DNA of 64,000 bases, taken from assembly GCF_009914755.1 (NCBI RefSeq), contig NC_060935.1; one strand, written 5' to 3'. Below the pieces are notes generated by a model that worked only from the letters and a program-made list of their open reading frames with translations, had not been told where the DNA came from and did no database searches. The translations under genes and the position numbers were made by a program. How positions within the stretch are numbered: the first letter of the stretch is position 1; each line of letters starts with the position of its first letter. The stretch comes from the human T2T-CHM13v2.0 reference genome, Homo sapiens. Shown here piece by piece: positions 1-13,300 of the stretch.

Positions 1-43
1 TTTCTTTGGATTCTGCAAGTTGATATGTGGACCTCTGTGAAGA

Positions 44-60
44 TTTCGTTGGAAACGGGT
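44..60 (+). promoter_or_regulatory. CENP-B box, intact core (representative; one at this position in each HOR)
   Basis: TTTCGTTGGAAACGGGT fits the established core nTTCGnnnnAnnCGGGn. It recurs every 850 bp and is broken in about 13 copies. Confidence 0.9.
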
Positions 61-214
61 TCATCTTCACAGAAAAACTAAACAGAAGCATTCTCAAAAA
101 CTACTTTGTGATGTTTGTGTTCCACTTCAAGAATTGAACTTTCCTCTTGACAGAGCAGTTCTGAAAACCTCTTTTTCTAGAATCTGCAAGTGGACATTTG
201 GAGGGCTTTGAGGC

Positions 215-231
215 CTGTGGTGGAAAAGGAA
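215..231 (+). other. A-type monomer box (pJ-alpha-like site in place of a CENP-B box), first A monomer
   Basis: CTGTGGTGGAAAAGGAA lies 171 bp after the CENP-B box at 44 and resembles the A-type consensus. It has neither TTCG nor CGGG. Confidence 0.7.
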
Positions 232-384
232 AATCTTCACATAAAAACTAGATGGAAGCATTCTCAGAAACTACTTTGTGATGATTGCATTCGACTCACA
301 GAGTTGAACATTCCTATAGATAGAGCAGGTTGTAAACAATCTTTTTGTAGAATCTGCGATTGGAGATTCGGACTGCTTTGAGGC

Positions 385-401
385 CTACTGTAGTAAAGGA
401 A
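385..401 (+). other. A-type monomer box, second A monomer (more diverged)
   Basis: CTACTGTAGTAAAGGAA occupies the box-homologous position and lacks the CENP-B core. Confidence 0.65.
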
Positions 402-555
402 ATAACTTCATCTAAAAACCAAACGGAAGCATTCACAGACAATTCTTAGTGATCATTGCATTGAACTAACAGAGCTGAACATTCCTTTACATGGCGCAGT
501 TTCCAAACACACTTTCTGTAGAATCTGCAAGTGGATATTTGGACCTCTCTGAGGA

Positions 556-572
556 TTTCGTTGGAAACGGGA
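556..572 (+). promoter_or_regulatory. CENP-B box, canonical (representative; one at this position in each HOR)
   Basis: TTTCGTTGGAAACGGGA is a full match to YTTCGTTGGAARCGGGA. It recurs every 850 bp and is broken (CGGG>AGGG) in about 10 copies. Confidence 0.92.
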
Positions 573-722
573 TAAACTTCCCAGAACTACACGGAAGCAT
601 GCTGAGAAACTTCTTTGTGATGTTTGCATTCAACTCACAGAGTTGAACCTTGCTTTCATAGTTCAGCTTTCAAACACTCTTTTTGTAGAATCTGCAAGTG
701 GATATTTGGACCACTTTATGGC

Positions 723-739
723 CTTCCTTCGAAACGGGT
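723..739 (+). promoter_or_regulatory. Degenerate CENP-B box in the middle B-type monomer (fixed in all HOR copies)
   Basis: In CTTCCTTCGAAACGGGT the core TTCG reads TTCC, while the A and CGGG are retained. Non-binding is predicted from the core rule. Confidence 0.75.
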
Positions 740-1889
740 ATATCTTCACATCAAACCTAGACAGAAGCATTCTCAGAATGTTTCCTGTGAAGACTGCATT
801 CAACTCACAGAGATGAACAATCCTGTTGATGGAGCACTTTGGAAACTCTCTTTCTTGGGATTCTGCAAGTTGATATGTGGACCTCTGTGAAGATTTCTTT
901 GGAAACGTGTTCATCTTCACAGAAAAACTAAACAGAAGCATTCTCAAAAACTACTTTGTGATGTTTGTGTTCCACTTCAAGAATTGAACTTTCCTCTTGA
1001 CAGAGCAGCTCTGAAAACCTCTTTTTCTAGAATCTGCAAGTGGACATTTGGAGGGCTTTGAGGCCTGTGGTGGAAAAGGAAAATCTTCACATAAAAACTA
1101 GATGGAAGCATTCTCAGAAACTACTTTGTGATGATTGCATTCGACTCACAGAGTTGAACATTCCTATAGATAGAGCAGGTTGTAAACAATCTTTTTGTAG
1201 AATCTGCGATTGGAGATTTGGACTGCTTTGAGGCCTACTGTAGTAGAGGAAATAACTTCATCTAAAAACCAAACGGAAGCATTCACAGACAATTCTTAGT
1301 GATCATTGCATTGAACTAACAGAGCTGAACATTCCTTTAGATGGCGCAGTTTCCAAACACACTTTCTGTAGAATCTGCAAGTGGATATTTGGACCTCTCT
1401 GAGGATTTCGTTAGAAACGGGATAAACTTCCCAGAACTACACGGAAGCATGCTGAGAAACTTCTTTGTGATGTTTGCATTCAACTCACAGAGTTGAACCT
1501 TGCTTTCATAGTTCAGCTTTCAAACACTCTTTTTGTAGAATCTGCAAGTGGATATTTGGACCACTTTGTGGCCTTCCGTCGAAACGGGTATATCTTCACA
1601 TCAAACCTAGACAGAAGCATTCTCAGAATGTTTCCTGTGATGACTGCATTCAACTCACAGAGGTGAACAATCCTGCTGATGGAGCAGTTTTGAAACTCTC
1701 TTTCTTTGGATTCTGCAAGTGGATATGTGGACCTCTGTGAAGATTTCGTTGGAAACGGGTTCATCTTCACAGAAAAACTAAACAGAAACATTCTCACAAA
1801 CTGCTTTGTGATGTTTGTGTTCCACTTCAGGAATTGAACTTTCCTCTTGAAAGAGCAGCTCTAAAACCCTCTTATTCTAGAATCTGCAA

Positions 1890-4800
1890 GTGGACATTTG
1901 GAGGGCTTTGAGGCCTGTGGTGGAAAAGGAAAATCTTCACATAAAAACTAGATGGAAGCATTCTCAGAAACTACTTTGTGATGATTGCATTCGACTCACA
2001 GATTTGAACATTCCTATAGATAGAGCAGGTTGTAAACAATCTTTTTGTAGAATCTGCGATTGGAGATTTGGACTGCTTTGAGGCCTACTGTAGTAAAGGA
2101 AATAACTTCATCTAAAAACCAAACGGAAGCATTCACAGACAATTCTTAGTGATCATTGGATTGAACTAACAGAGCTGAACGTTCCTTTACATGGCGCAGT
2201 TTCCAAACACACTTTCTGTAGAATCTGCAAGTGGATATTTGGACTTCTCTGAGGATTTCGTTGGAAACGGGATAAACTTCCCAGAACTACACGGAAGCAT
2301 TGTGAGAAACTTCTTTGTGATGTTTGCATTCAACCCACAGAGTTGAAACTTGCTTTCATAGTTCAGCTTTCAAACACTCTTTTTGTAGAATCTGCAAGTG
2401 GATATTTGGACCAATTTTGGGCTTCCTTCGAAACGGGTATATCTTCACATCAAACCTAGACAGAAACATTCTCAGAATGTTTCCTGTGATGACTGCATTC
2501 AACTCACAGAGGTGAACAATCCTGCTGATGGAGCAGTTTTGAAACTCTCTTTCTTTGGATTCTGCAAGTGGATATGTGGACCTCTGTGAAGATTTAGTTG
2601 GAAACGTGTTCATCTTCACAGAAAAACTAAACAGGAGCATTCTCAGAAACTGCTTTGTGATGTTTGTGTTCCACTTCAAGAATTGAACTTTCCTCTTGAC
2701 AGAGCAGCTCTGAAACCCTATTTTTCTAGAATATGCAAGTGGACATTTGGAGGGCCTTGAGGCCTGTGGTGGAAAAGGAAAATCTTCACATAAAAACTAG
2801 ATGGAAGCATTCTCAGAAACTACTTTGTGATGATTGCATTCGACGCACAGAGTTGAACATTCCTATAGATAGAGCAGGTTGTAAACAATCTTTTTGTAGA
2901 ATCTGCGATTGGAGATTTGGACTGCTTTGAGGCCTACTGTAGTAAAGGAAATAACTTCATCTAAAAACCAAACGGAAGCATTCACAGACAATTCTTAGTG
3001 ATCATTGCATTGAACTAACAGAGCTGAACATTCCTTTAGATGGAGCAGTTTCCAAACCCACTTTCTGTAGAATCTGCAAGTGGATATTTGGACTTCTCTG
3101 AGGATTTCGTTGGAAACGGGATAAAATTCCCAGAACTACACGGAAGCATTCTGAGAAACTTCTTTGTAATGTTTGCATTCAACTCACAGAGTTGAACCTT
3201 GCTTTCATAGTTCAGCTTTCAAACACTCTTTTTTTACAATCTGCAAGTGGATATTTGGACCACTTTGTGGCCTTCCTTCGAAACGGGTATATCTTCATAT
3301 CAAACCTAGACAGAAGCATTCTCAGAATGTTTCCTGTGATGACTGCATTCAACTCACAGAGGTGAACAATCCTGCTGATGGAGCAGTTTTGAAACTCTCT
3401 TTCTTTGGATTCTGCAAGTGGATATGTGGACCTCTGTGAAGATTTCGTTGGAAACGGGTTCATCTTCACAGAAAAACTAAACAGGAGCATTCTCAGAAAG
3501 TGCTTTGTGATGTTTGTGTTCCACTTCAGGAATTGAACTTTCCTCTTGACAGAGCAGCTCTGAAACCCTCTTTTTCTAGAATCTGCAAGTGGACATTTGG
3601 AGGGCTTTGAGGCCTGTGGTGGAAAAGGAAAATCTTCACATAAAAACTAGATGGAAGCATTCTCAGAAACTACTTTGTGATGATTGCATTCGACTCACAG
3701 AGTTGAACATTCCTATAGATAGAGCAGGTTGTAAACAATCTTTTTGTAGAATCTGCGATTGGAGATTTGGACTGCTTTGAGGCCTACTGTAGTAGAGGAA
3801 ATAACTTCATCTAAAAACCAAACGGAAGCATTCACAGACAATTCTTAGTGATCATTGCATTGAACTAACAGAGCTGAACATTCCTTTAGATGGAGCAGTT
3901 TCCAAACACACTTTCTGTAGAATCTGCAAGTGGATATTTGGACTTCTCTGAGGATTTCGTTAGAAACGGGATAAACTTCCCAGAACTACACGGAAGCATT
4001 CTGAGAAACTTCTTTGTGATGTTTGCATTCAACTCACAGAGTTGAACCTTGCTTTCATAGTTCAGCTTTCAAACACTCTTTTTGTAGAATCTGCAAGTGG
4101 ATATTTGGACCACTTTGTGGCCTTCCTTCGAAACGGGTATATCTTCACATCAAACCTAGACAGAAGCATTCTCAGAATGTTTCCTGTGATGACTGCATTC
4201 AACTCACAGAGGTGAACAATCCTGTTGATGGAGCAGTTTTGAAACTCTCTTTCTTTGGATTCTGCAAGTTGATATGTGGACCTCTGTGAAGATTTCGTTG
4301 GAAACGGGTTCATCTTCACAGAAAAACTAAACAGAATCATTCTCAGAAACTGCTTTGTGATGTTTGTGTTCCACTTCAAGAATTGAACTTTCCTCTTGAC
4401 AGAGCAGCTCTGAAACCCTCTTTTTCTAGAATCTGCAAGTGGACATTTGGAGGGCTTTGAGGTCTGTGGTGGAAAAGGAAAATCTTCACATAAAAACTAG
4501 ATGGAAGCATTCTCAGAAACTACTTTGTGATGATTGCATTCGACTCACAGAGTTGAACATTCCTATAGATAGAGCAGGTTGTAAACAATCTTTTTGTAGA
4601 ATCTGCGATTGGAGATTTGGACTGCTTTGAGGCCTACTGTAGTAAAGGAAATAACTTCATCTAAAAACCAAATGGAAGCATTCACAGACAATTCTTAGTG
4701 ATCATTGCATTGAACTAACAGAGCTGAACATTCCTTTAGATGGAGCAGTTTCCAAACACACTTTTTGGAGAATCTGCAAGTGGATATTTGGACTTCTCTG

Positions 4801-7800
4801 AGGATTTCGTTGGAAACGGGATAAACTTCCCAGAACTACACGGAAGCATTGTGAGAAACTTCTTTGTGATGTTTGCATTCAACTCACAGAGTTGAACCTT
4901 GCTTTCATAGTTCAGCTTTCAAACACTCTTTTTGTAGAATCTGCAAGTGCATATTTGGACCACTTTGTGGCCTTCCTTCGAAACGGGTATATGTTCACAT
5001 CAAACATAGACAGAAGCATTCTCAGAATGTTTCCTGTGAAGACTGCATTCAACTCACAGAGATGAACAATCCTGTTGATGGAGCACTTTGGAAACTCTCT
5101 TTCTTGGGATTCTGCAATTTGATATGTGGACCTCTGTGAAGATTTCTTTGGAAACGTGTTCATCTTCACAGAAAAACTAAACAGAAGCATTCTCAAAAAC
5201 TACTTTGTGATGTTTGTGTTCCACTTCAAGAATTGAACTTTCCTCTTGACAGAGCAGCTCTGAAAACCTCTTTTTCTAGAATCTGCAAGTGGACATTTGG
5301 AGGGCTTTGAGGCCTGTGGTGGAAAAGGAAAATCTTCACATAAAAACTAGATGGAAGCATTCTCAGAAACTACTTTGTGATGATTGCATTCGACTCACAG
5401 AGTTGAACATTCCTATAGATAGAGCAGGTTGTAAACAATCTTTTTGTGGAATCTGCGATTTGAGATTTGGACTGCTTTGAGGCCTACTGTAGTAGAGGAA
5501 ATAACTTCATCTAAAAACCAAACGGAAGCATTCACAGACAATTCTTAGTGATCATTGCATTGAACTAACAGAGCTGAACATTCCTTTAGATGGCGCAGTT
5601 TCCAAACACACTTTCTGTAGAATCTGCAAGTGGATATTTGGACCTCTCTGTGGATTTCGTTAGAAACGGGATAAACTTCCCAGAACTACACGGAAGCATG
5701 CTGAGAAACTTCTTTGTGATGTTTGCATTCAACTCACAGAGTTGAACCTTGCTTTCATAGTTCAGCTTTCAAACACTCTTTTTGTAGAATCTGCAAGTGG
5801 ATATTTGGACCACTTTGTGGCCTTCCTTCGAAACGGGTATATCTTCACATCAAACCTAGACAGAAGCATTCTCAGAATGTTTCCTGTGATGACTGCATTC
5901 AACTCACAGAGGTGAACAATCCTGCTGATGGAGCAATTTTGAAACTCTCTTTCTTTGGATTCTGCAAGTGGATATGTGGACCTCTGTGAAGATTTCGTTG
6001 GAAACGGGTTCATCTTCACAGAAAAACTAAACAGAAGCATTCTCAGAAACTGCTTTGTGATGTTTGTGTTCCACTTCAGGAATTGAACTTTCCTCTTGAC
6101 AGAGCAGCTCTGAAACCCTCTTATTCTAGAATCTGCAAGTGGACATTTGGAGGGCTTTGAGGCCTGTGGTGGAAAAGGAAAATCTTCACATAAAAACTAG
6201 ATGGAAGCATTCTCAGAAACTACTTTGTGATGATTGCATTCGACTCACAGAGTTGAACATTCCTATAGATAGAGCAGGTTGTAAACAATCTTTTTCTAGA
6301 ATCTGCTATTGGAGATTTGGACTCCTTTGAGGCCTACTGTAGTAAAGGAAATAACTTCATCTAAAAACCAAACGGAAGCATTCACAGACAATTCTCAGGA
6401 TCATTGGATTGAACTAACAGAGCTGAACATTCCTTTAGATGGAGCAGTTTCCAAACACACTTTCTGTAGAATCTGCAAGTGGATATTTGGACTTCTCTGA
6501 GAATTTCGTTGGAAAAGGGATAAACTTCCCAGAACTACACGGAAGCATTGTGAGAAACTTCTTTGTGATGTTTGCATTCAACTCACAGAGTTGAACCTTG
6601 CTTTCATAGTTCAGCTTTCAAACACTCTTTTTGTAGAATCTGCAAGTGGATATTTGGACCACTTTGTGGCCTTCCTTCGAAACGGGTATATCTTCACATC
6701 AAACCTAGACAGAAGCATTCTCAGAATGTTTCCTGTGATGACTGCATTCAACTCACAGAGGTGAACAATCCTGCTGATGGAGCAGTTTTGAAACTCTCTT
6801 TCTTTGGATTCTGCATGTGGATATGTTGACCTCTGTGAAGATTTCGTTGGAAACGGGTTCATCTTCACAGAAAAACTAAACAGGAGCATTCTCAGAAACT
6901 GCTTTGTGATGTTTGTGTTCCACTTCAAGAATTGAACTTTCCTCTTGACAGAGCAGCTCTGAAACCCTCTTTTTCTAGAATCTGCAAGTGGACATTTGGA
7001 AGGATTTGAGGCCTGTGGTGGAAAAGGAAAATCTTCACATAAAAACTAGATGGGAGCATTCTCAGAAACTACTTTGTGATGATTGCATTCGACTCACAGA
7101 GTTGAACATTCCTATAGATAGAGCAGGTTGTAAACAATCTTTTTGTAGAATCTGCGATTGGAGATTTGGACTGCTTTGAGGCCTACTGTAGTAAAGGAAA
7201 TTACTTCATCTAAAAACGAAACGGAAGCATTCACAGACAATTCTTAGTGATCATTGGATTGAACTAACAGAGCTGAACACTCCTTTAGATGGAGCAGTTT
7301 CCAAACCCACTTTCTGTAGAATCTGCAAGTGGATATTTGGACTTCTCTGAGGATTTCGTTGGAAACGGGATAAACTTCCCAGAACTACACGGAAGCATTG
7401 TGAGAAACTTCTTTGTGATGTTTGCATTCAACTCACAGAGTTGAACCTTGTTTTCATAGTTCAGCTTTCAAACACTCTTTTTGTAGAATCTGCAAGTGGA
7501 TATTTGGACCACTTTGTGGCCTTCCTTCGAAACGGGTATATCTTCACATCAAACCTAGACAGAAACATTCTCAGAATGTTTCCTGTGATGACTGCATTCA
7601 ACTCACAGAGGTGAACAATCCTGCTGATGGAGCACTTTTGAAACTCTCTTTCTTTGGATTCTGCAAGTTGATATGTGGTCCTCTGTGAAGATTTCGTTGG
7701 AAACGGGTTCATCTTCACAGAAAAATTAAACAGAAGCATTCTCAGAAACTACTTTGTGATGTTTGTGTTCCACTTCAAGAATTGAACTTTCCTCTTGACA

Positions 7801-10386
7801 GAGCAGCTCTGAAACCCTCTTTTTCTAGAATCTGCAAGTGGACATTTGGAGGGCTTTGAGGCCTGTGGTGGAAAAGGAAAATCTTCACATGAAAACTAGA
7901 TGGAAGCATTCTCAGAAACTACTTTGTGATGATTGCATTCGACTCACAGAGTTGAACATTCCTATAGATAGAGCAGGTTGTAAACAATCTTTTTGTAGAA
8001 TCTGCGATTGGAGATTTGGATTGCTTTGAGGCCTACTGTAGTAAAGGAAATAACTTCATCTAAAAACCAAACGGAAGCATTCACAGAAAATTCTTAGTGA
8101 TCATTGCATTGAACTAACAGAGGTGAACATTCCTTTAGATGGCGCAGTTTCCAAACACACTTTCTGTAGAATCTGCAAGTGGATATTTGGACCTCTCTGA
8201 GGATTTCGTTGGAAACGGGATAAACTTCCCAGAACTACACGGAAGCATTGTGAGAACTTCTTTGTGATGTTTGCATTCAACTCACAGAGTTGAACCTTGC
8301 TTTCATAGTTCAGCTTTCAAACACTCTTTTTGTAGAATCTGCAAGTGGATATTTGGACCACTTTGTGACCTTCCTTCGAAACGGGTATATCTTCACATCA
8401 AACCTAGACAGAAGCATTCTCAGAATGTTTCCTGTGATGACTGCATTCAACTCACAGAGGTCAACAATCCTGCTGATGGAGCAGTTTTGAAACTCTCTTT
8501 CTTTGGATTCTGCAAGTGGATATGTGGACCTCTGTGAAGATTTCGTTGGAAACGGGTTCATCTTCACAGAAAAACTAAACAGGAGCATTCTCAGAAACTG
8601 CTTTGTGATGTTTGTGTTCCACTTTAAGAATTGAACTTTCCTCTTGACAGAGCAGCTCTGAAACCCTCTTTTTCTAGAATCTGCAAGTGGACATTTGGAG
8701 GGCTTTGAGGCCTGTGGTGGAAAAGGAAAATCTTCACATAAAAACTAGATGGAAGCATTCTCAGAAACTACTTTGTGATGATTGCATTCGACGCACAGAG
8801 TTGAACATTCCTATAGATAGAGCAGGTTGTAAACAATCTTTTTGTAGAATCTGCGATTGGAGATTTGGACTGCTTTGAGGCCTACTGTAGTAAAGGAAAT
8901 AACTTCATCTAAAAACCAAACGGAAGCATTCACAGAAAATTCTCAGTGATCATTGGATTGAACTAACAGAGCTGAACATTCCTTTAGATGGAGCAGTTTC
9001 CAAACAAACTTTCTGTAGAATCTGCAAGTGGATATTTGGACTTCTCTGAGAATTTCGTTGGAAAAGGGATAAACTTCCCAAAACTACACGGAAGCATTGT
9101 GAGAAACTTCTTTGTGATGTTTGCATTCAACTCACAGAGTTGAACCTTGCTTTCATAGTTCAGCTTTCAAACACTCTTTTTGTAGAATCTGCAAGTGGAT
9201 ATTTGGACCACTTTGTGGCCTTCCTTCGAAACGGGTATATCTTCACATCAAACCTAGACAGAAGCATTCTCAGAATGTTTCCTGTGATGACTGCATTCAA
9301 CTCACAGAGGTGAACAATCCTGCTGATGGAGCAGTTTTGAAACTCTCTTTCTTTGGATTCTGCAAGTGGATATGTGGACCTCTGTGAAGATTTCGTTGGA
9401 AACGGGTTCATCTTCACAGAAAAACTAAACAGGAGCATTCTCAGAAAGTGCTTTGTGATGTTTGTGTTCCACTTCAGGAATTGAACTTTCCTCTTGACAG
9501 AGCAGCTCTGAAACCCTCTTATTCTAGAATCTGCAAGTGGACATTTGGAGGGCTTTGAGGCCTGTGGTGGAAAAGGAATATCTTCACATAAAAACTAGAT
9601 GGAAGCATTCTCAGAAACTACTTTGTGATGATTGCATTCGACTCACAGAGTTGAACATTCCTATAGATAGAGCAGGTTGTAAACAATCTTTTTGTAGAAT
9701 CTGCGATTGGAGATTTGGACTGCTTTGAGTCCTACTGTAGTAAAGGAAATAACTTCATCTAAAAACCAAACGGAAGCATTCACAGACAATTCTTAGTGAT
9801 CATTGCATTGAACTAACAGAGCTGAACATTCCTTTAGATGGAGCAGTTTCCAAACACACTTTCTGTAGAACCTGCAAGTGGATATTTGGACCTCTCTGAG
9901 GATTTCGTTGGAAACGGGATAAACTTCCCAGAACTACACGGAAGCATTGTGAGAAACTTCTTTGTGATGTTTGCATTCAACTCACAGAGTTGAACCTTGC
10001 TTTCATAGTTCAGCTTTCAAACACTCTTTTTGTAGAATCTGCAAGTGGATATTTGGACCACTTTGTGGCCTTCCGTCGAAACGGGTATATCTTCACATCA
10101 AACCTAGACAGAAGCATTCTCAGAATGTTTCCTGTGATGACTGCATTCAACTCACAGAGGTGAACAATCCTGCTGATGGAGCAGTTTTGAAACTCTCTTT
10201 CTTTGGATTCTGCAAGTGGATATGTGGACCTCTGTGAAGATTTCGTTGGAAACGGGTTCATCTTCACAGAAAAACTAAACAGAAACATTCTCACAAACTG
10301 CTTTGTGATGTTTGTGTTCCACTTCAGGAATTGAACTTTCCTCTTGAAAGAGCAGCTCTAAAACCCTCTTATTCTAGAATCTGCAA
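1890..10386 (+). repeat. 10-HOR super-repeat unit (8,497 bp), copy 1a
   Basis: The same ordered series of ten HOR variants recurs at +8,497 (1890/10387, 4439/12936, 6139/14636, 6988/15485). The period equals 10x850 minus three 1-bp deletions. Confidence 0.9.
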
Positions 10387-13300
10387 GTGGACATTTGGAG
10401 GGCTTTGAGGCCTGTGGTGGAAAAGGAAAATCTTCACATAAAAACTAGATGGAAGCATTCTCAGAAACTACTTTGTGATGATTGCATTCGACTCACAGAT
10501 TTGAACATTCCTATAGATAGAGCAGGTTGTAAACAATCTTTTTGTAGAATCTGCGATTGGAGATTTGGACTGCTTTGAGGCCTACTGTAGTAAAGGAAAT
10601 AACTTCATCTAAAAACCAAACGGAAGCATTCACAGACAATTCTTAGTGATCATTGGATTGAACTAACAGAGCTGAACGTTCCTTTACATGGCGCAGTTTC
10701 CAAACACACTTTCTGTAGAATCTGCAAGTGGATATTTGGACTTCTCTGAGGATTTCGTTGGAAACGGGATAAACTTCCCAGAACTACACGGAAGCATTGT
10801 GAGAAACTTCTTTGTGATGTTTGCATTCAACCCACAGAGTTGAAACTTGCTTTCATAGTTCAGCTTTCAAACACTCTTTTTGTAGAATCTGCAAGTGGAT
10901 ATTTGGACCAATTTTGGGCTTCCTTCGAAACGGGTATATCTTCACATCAAACCTAGACAGAAACATTCTCAGAATGTTTCCTGTGATGACTGCATTCAAC
11001 TCACAGAGGTGAACAATCCTGCTGATGGAGCAGTTTTGAAACTCTCTTTCTTTGGATTCTGCAAGTGGATATGTGGACCTCTGTGAAGATTTAGTTGGAA
11101 ACGTGTTCATCTTCACAGAAAAACTAAACAGGAGCATTCTCAGAAACTGCTTTGTGATGTTTGTGTTCCACTTCAAGAATTGAACTTTCCTCTTGACAGA
11201 GCAGCTCTGAAACCCTATTTTTCTAGAATATGCAAGTGGACATTTGGAGGGCCTTGAGGCCTGTGGTGGAAAAGGAAAATCTTCACATAAAAACTAGATG
11301 GAAGCATTCTCAGAAACTACTTTGTGATGATTGCATTCGACGCACAGAGTTGAACATTCCTATAGATAGAGCAGGTTGTAAACAATCTTTTTGTAGAATC
11401 TGCGATTGGAGATTTGGACTGCTTTGAGGCCTACTGTAGTAAAGGAAATAACTTCATCTAAAAACCAAACGGAAGCATTCACAGACAATTCTTAGTGATC
11501 ATTGCATTGAACTAACAGAGCTGAACATTCCTTTAGATGGAGCAGTTTCCAAACCCACTTTCTGTAGAATCTGCAAGTGGATATTTGGACTTCTCTGAGG
11601 ATTTCGTTGGAAACGGGATAAAATTCCCAGAACTACACGGAAGCATTCTGAGAAACTTCTTTGTAATGTTTGCATTCAACTCACAGAGTTGAACCTTGCT
11701 TTCATAGTTCAGCTTTCAAACACTCTTTTTGTACAATCTGCAAGTGGATATTTGGACCACTTTGTGGCCTTCCTTCGAAACGGGTATATCTTCATATCAA
11801 ACCTAGACAGAAGCATTCTCAGAATGTTTCCTGTGATGACTGCATTCAACTCACAGAGGTGAACAATCCTGCTGATGGAGCAGTTTTGAAACTCTCTTTC
11901 TTTGGATTCTGCAAGTGGATATGTGGACCTCTGTGAAGATTTCGTTGGAAACGGGTTCATCTTCACAGAAAAACTAAACAGGAGCATTCTCAGAAAGTGC
12001 TTTGTGATGTTTGTGTTCCACTTCAGGAATTGAACTTTCCTCTTGACAGAGCAGCTCTGAAACCCTCTTTTTCTAGAATCTGCAAGTGGACATTTGGAGG
12101 GCTTTGAGGCCTGTGGTGGAAAAGGAAAATCTTCACATAAAAACTAGATGGAAGCATTCTCAGAAACTACTTTGTGATGATTGCATTCGACTCACAGAGT
12201 TGAACATTCCTATAGATAGAGCAGGTTGTAAACAATCTTTTTGTAGAATCTGCGATTGGAGATTTGGACTGCTTTGAGGCCTACTGTAGTAGAGGAAATA
12301 ACTTCATCTAAAAACCAAACGGAAGCATTCACAGACAATTCTTAGTGATCATTGCATTGAACTAACAGAGCTGAACATTCCTTTAGATGGAGCAGTTTCC
12401 AAACACACTTTCTGTAGAATCTGCAAGTGGATATTTGGACTTCTCTGAGGATTTCGTTAGAAACGGGATAAACTTCCCAGAACTACACGGAAGCATTCTG
12501 AGAAACTTCTTTGTGATGTTTGCATTCAACTCACAGAGTTGAACCTTGCTTTCATAGTTCAGCTTTCAAACACTCTTTTTGTAGAATCTGCAAGTGGATA
12601 TTTGGACCACTTTGTGGCCTTCCTTCGAAACGGGTATATCTTCACATCAAACCTAGACAGAAGCATTCTCAGAATGTTTCCTGTGATGACTGCATTCAAC
12701 TCACAGAGGTGAACAATCCTGTTGATGGAGCAGTTTTGAAACTCTCTTTCTTTGGATTCTGCAAGTTGATATGTGGACCTCTGTGAAGATTTCGTTGGAA
12801 ACGGGTTCATCTTCACAGAAAAACTAAACAGAATCATTCTCAGAAACTGCTTTGTGATGTTTGTGTTCCACTTCAAGAATTGAACTTTCCTCTTGACAGA
12901 GCAGCTCTGAAACCCTCTTTTTCTAGAATCTGCAAGTGGACATTTGGAGGGCTTTGAGGTCTGTGGTGGAAAAGGAAAATCTTCACATAAAAACTAGATG
13001 GAAGCATTCTCAGAAACTACTTTGTGATGATTGCATTCGACTCACAGAGTTGAACATTCCTATAGATAGAGCAGGTTGTAAACAATCTTTTTGTAGAATC
13101 TGCGATTGGAGATTTGGACTGCTTTGAGGCCTACTGTAGTAAAGGAAATAACTTCATCTAAAAACCAAACGGAAGCATTCACAGACAATTCTTAGTGATC
13201 ATTGCATTGAACTAACAGAGCTGAACATTCCTTTAGATGGAGCAGTTTCCAAACACACTTTTTGGAGAATCTGCAAGTGGATATTTGGACTTCTCTGAGG

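Larger units (their letters stand above)
176..1025 (+). repeat. One representative 850-bp HOR unit (XbaI site to XbaI site), five monomers
   Basis: TCTAGA at 176-181 and again at 1026-1031. Homologous A/B-box positions fall at 215, 385, 556, 723, 894 and then 1065, giving spacings of 170, 171, 167, 171 and 171 bp (sum 850). Confidence 0.95.

Noticed and set aside
385-393. Short dyad CTAC-T-GTAG and other 6-bp palindromes as cruciform or regulatory signals
   Set aside because: The stems are too short to distinguish from chance, and no structure can be supported without folding calculations.
1406-1422. TTTCGTTAGAAACGGGA as a broken CENP-B box
   Set aside because: The G>A change falls at a non-core position and the nTTCGnnnnAnnCGGGn core is intact, so it was not counted as a loss.
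1573-1589. CTTCCGTCGAAACGGGT as a restored CENP-B box
   Set aside because: The change adds a CpG but the core still reads TTCC, not TTCG, at the required spacing.
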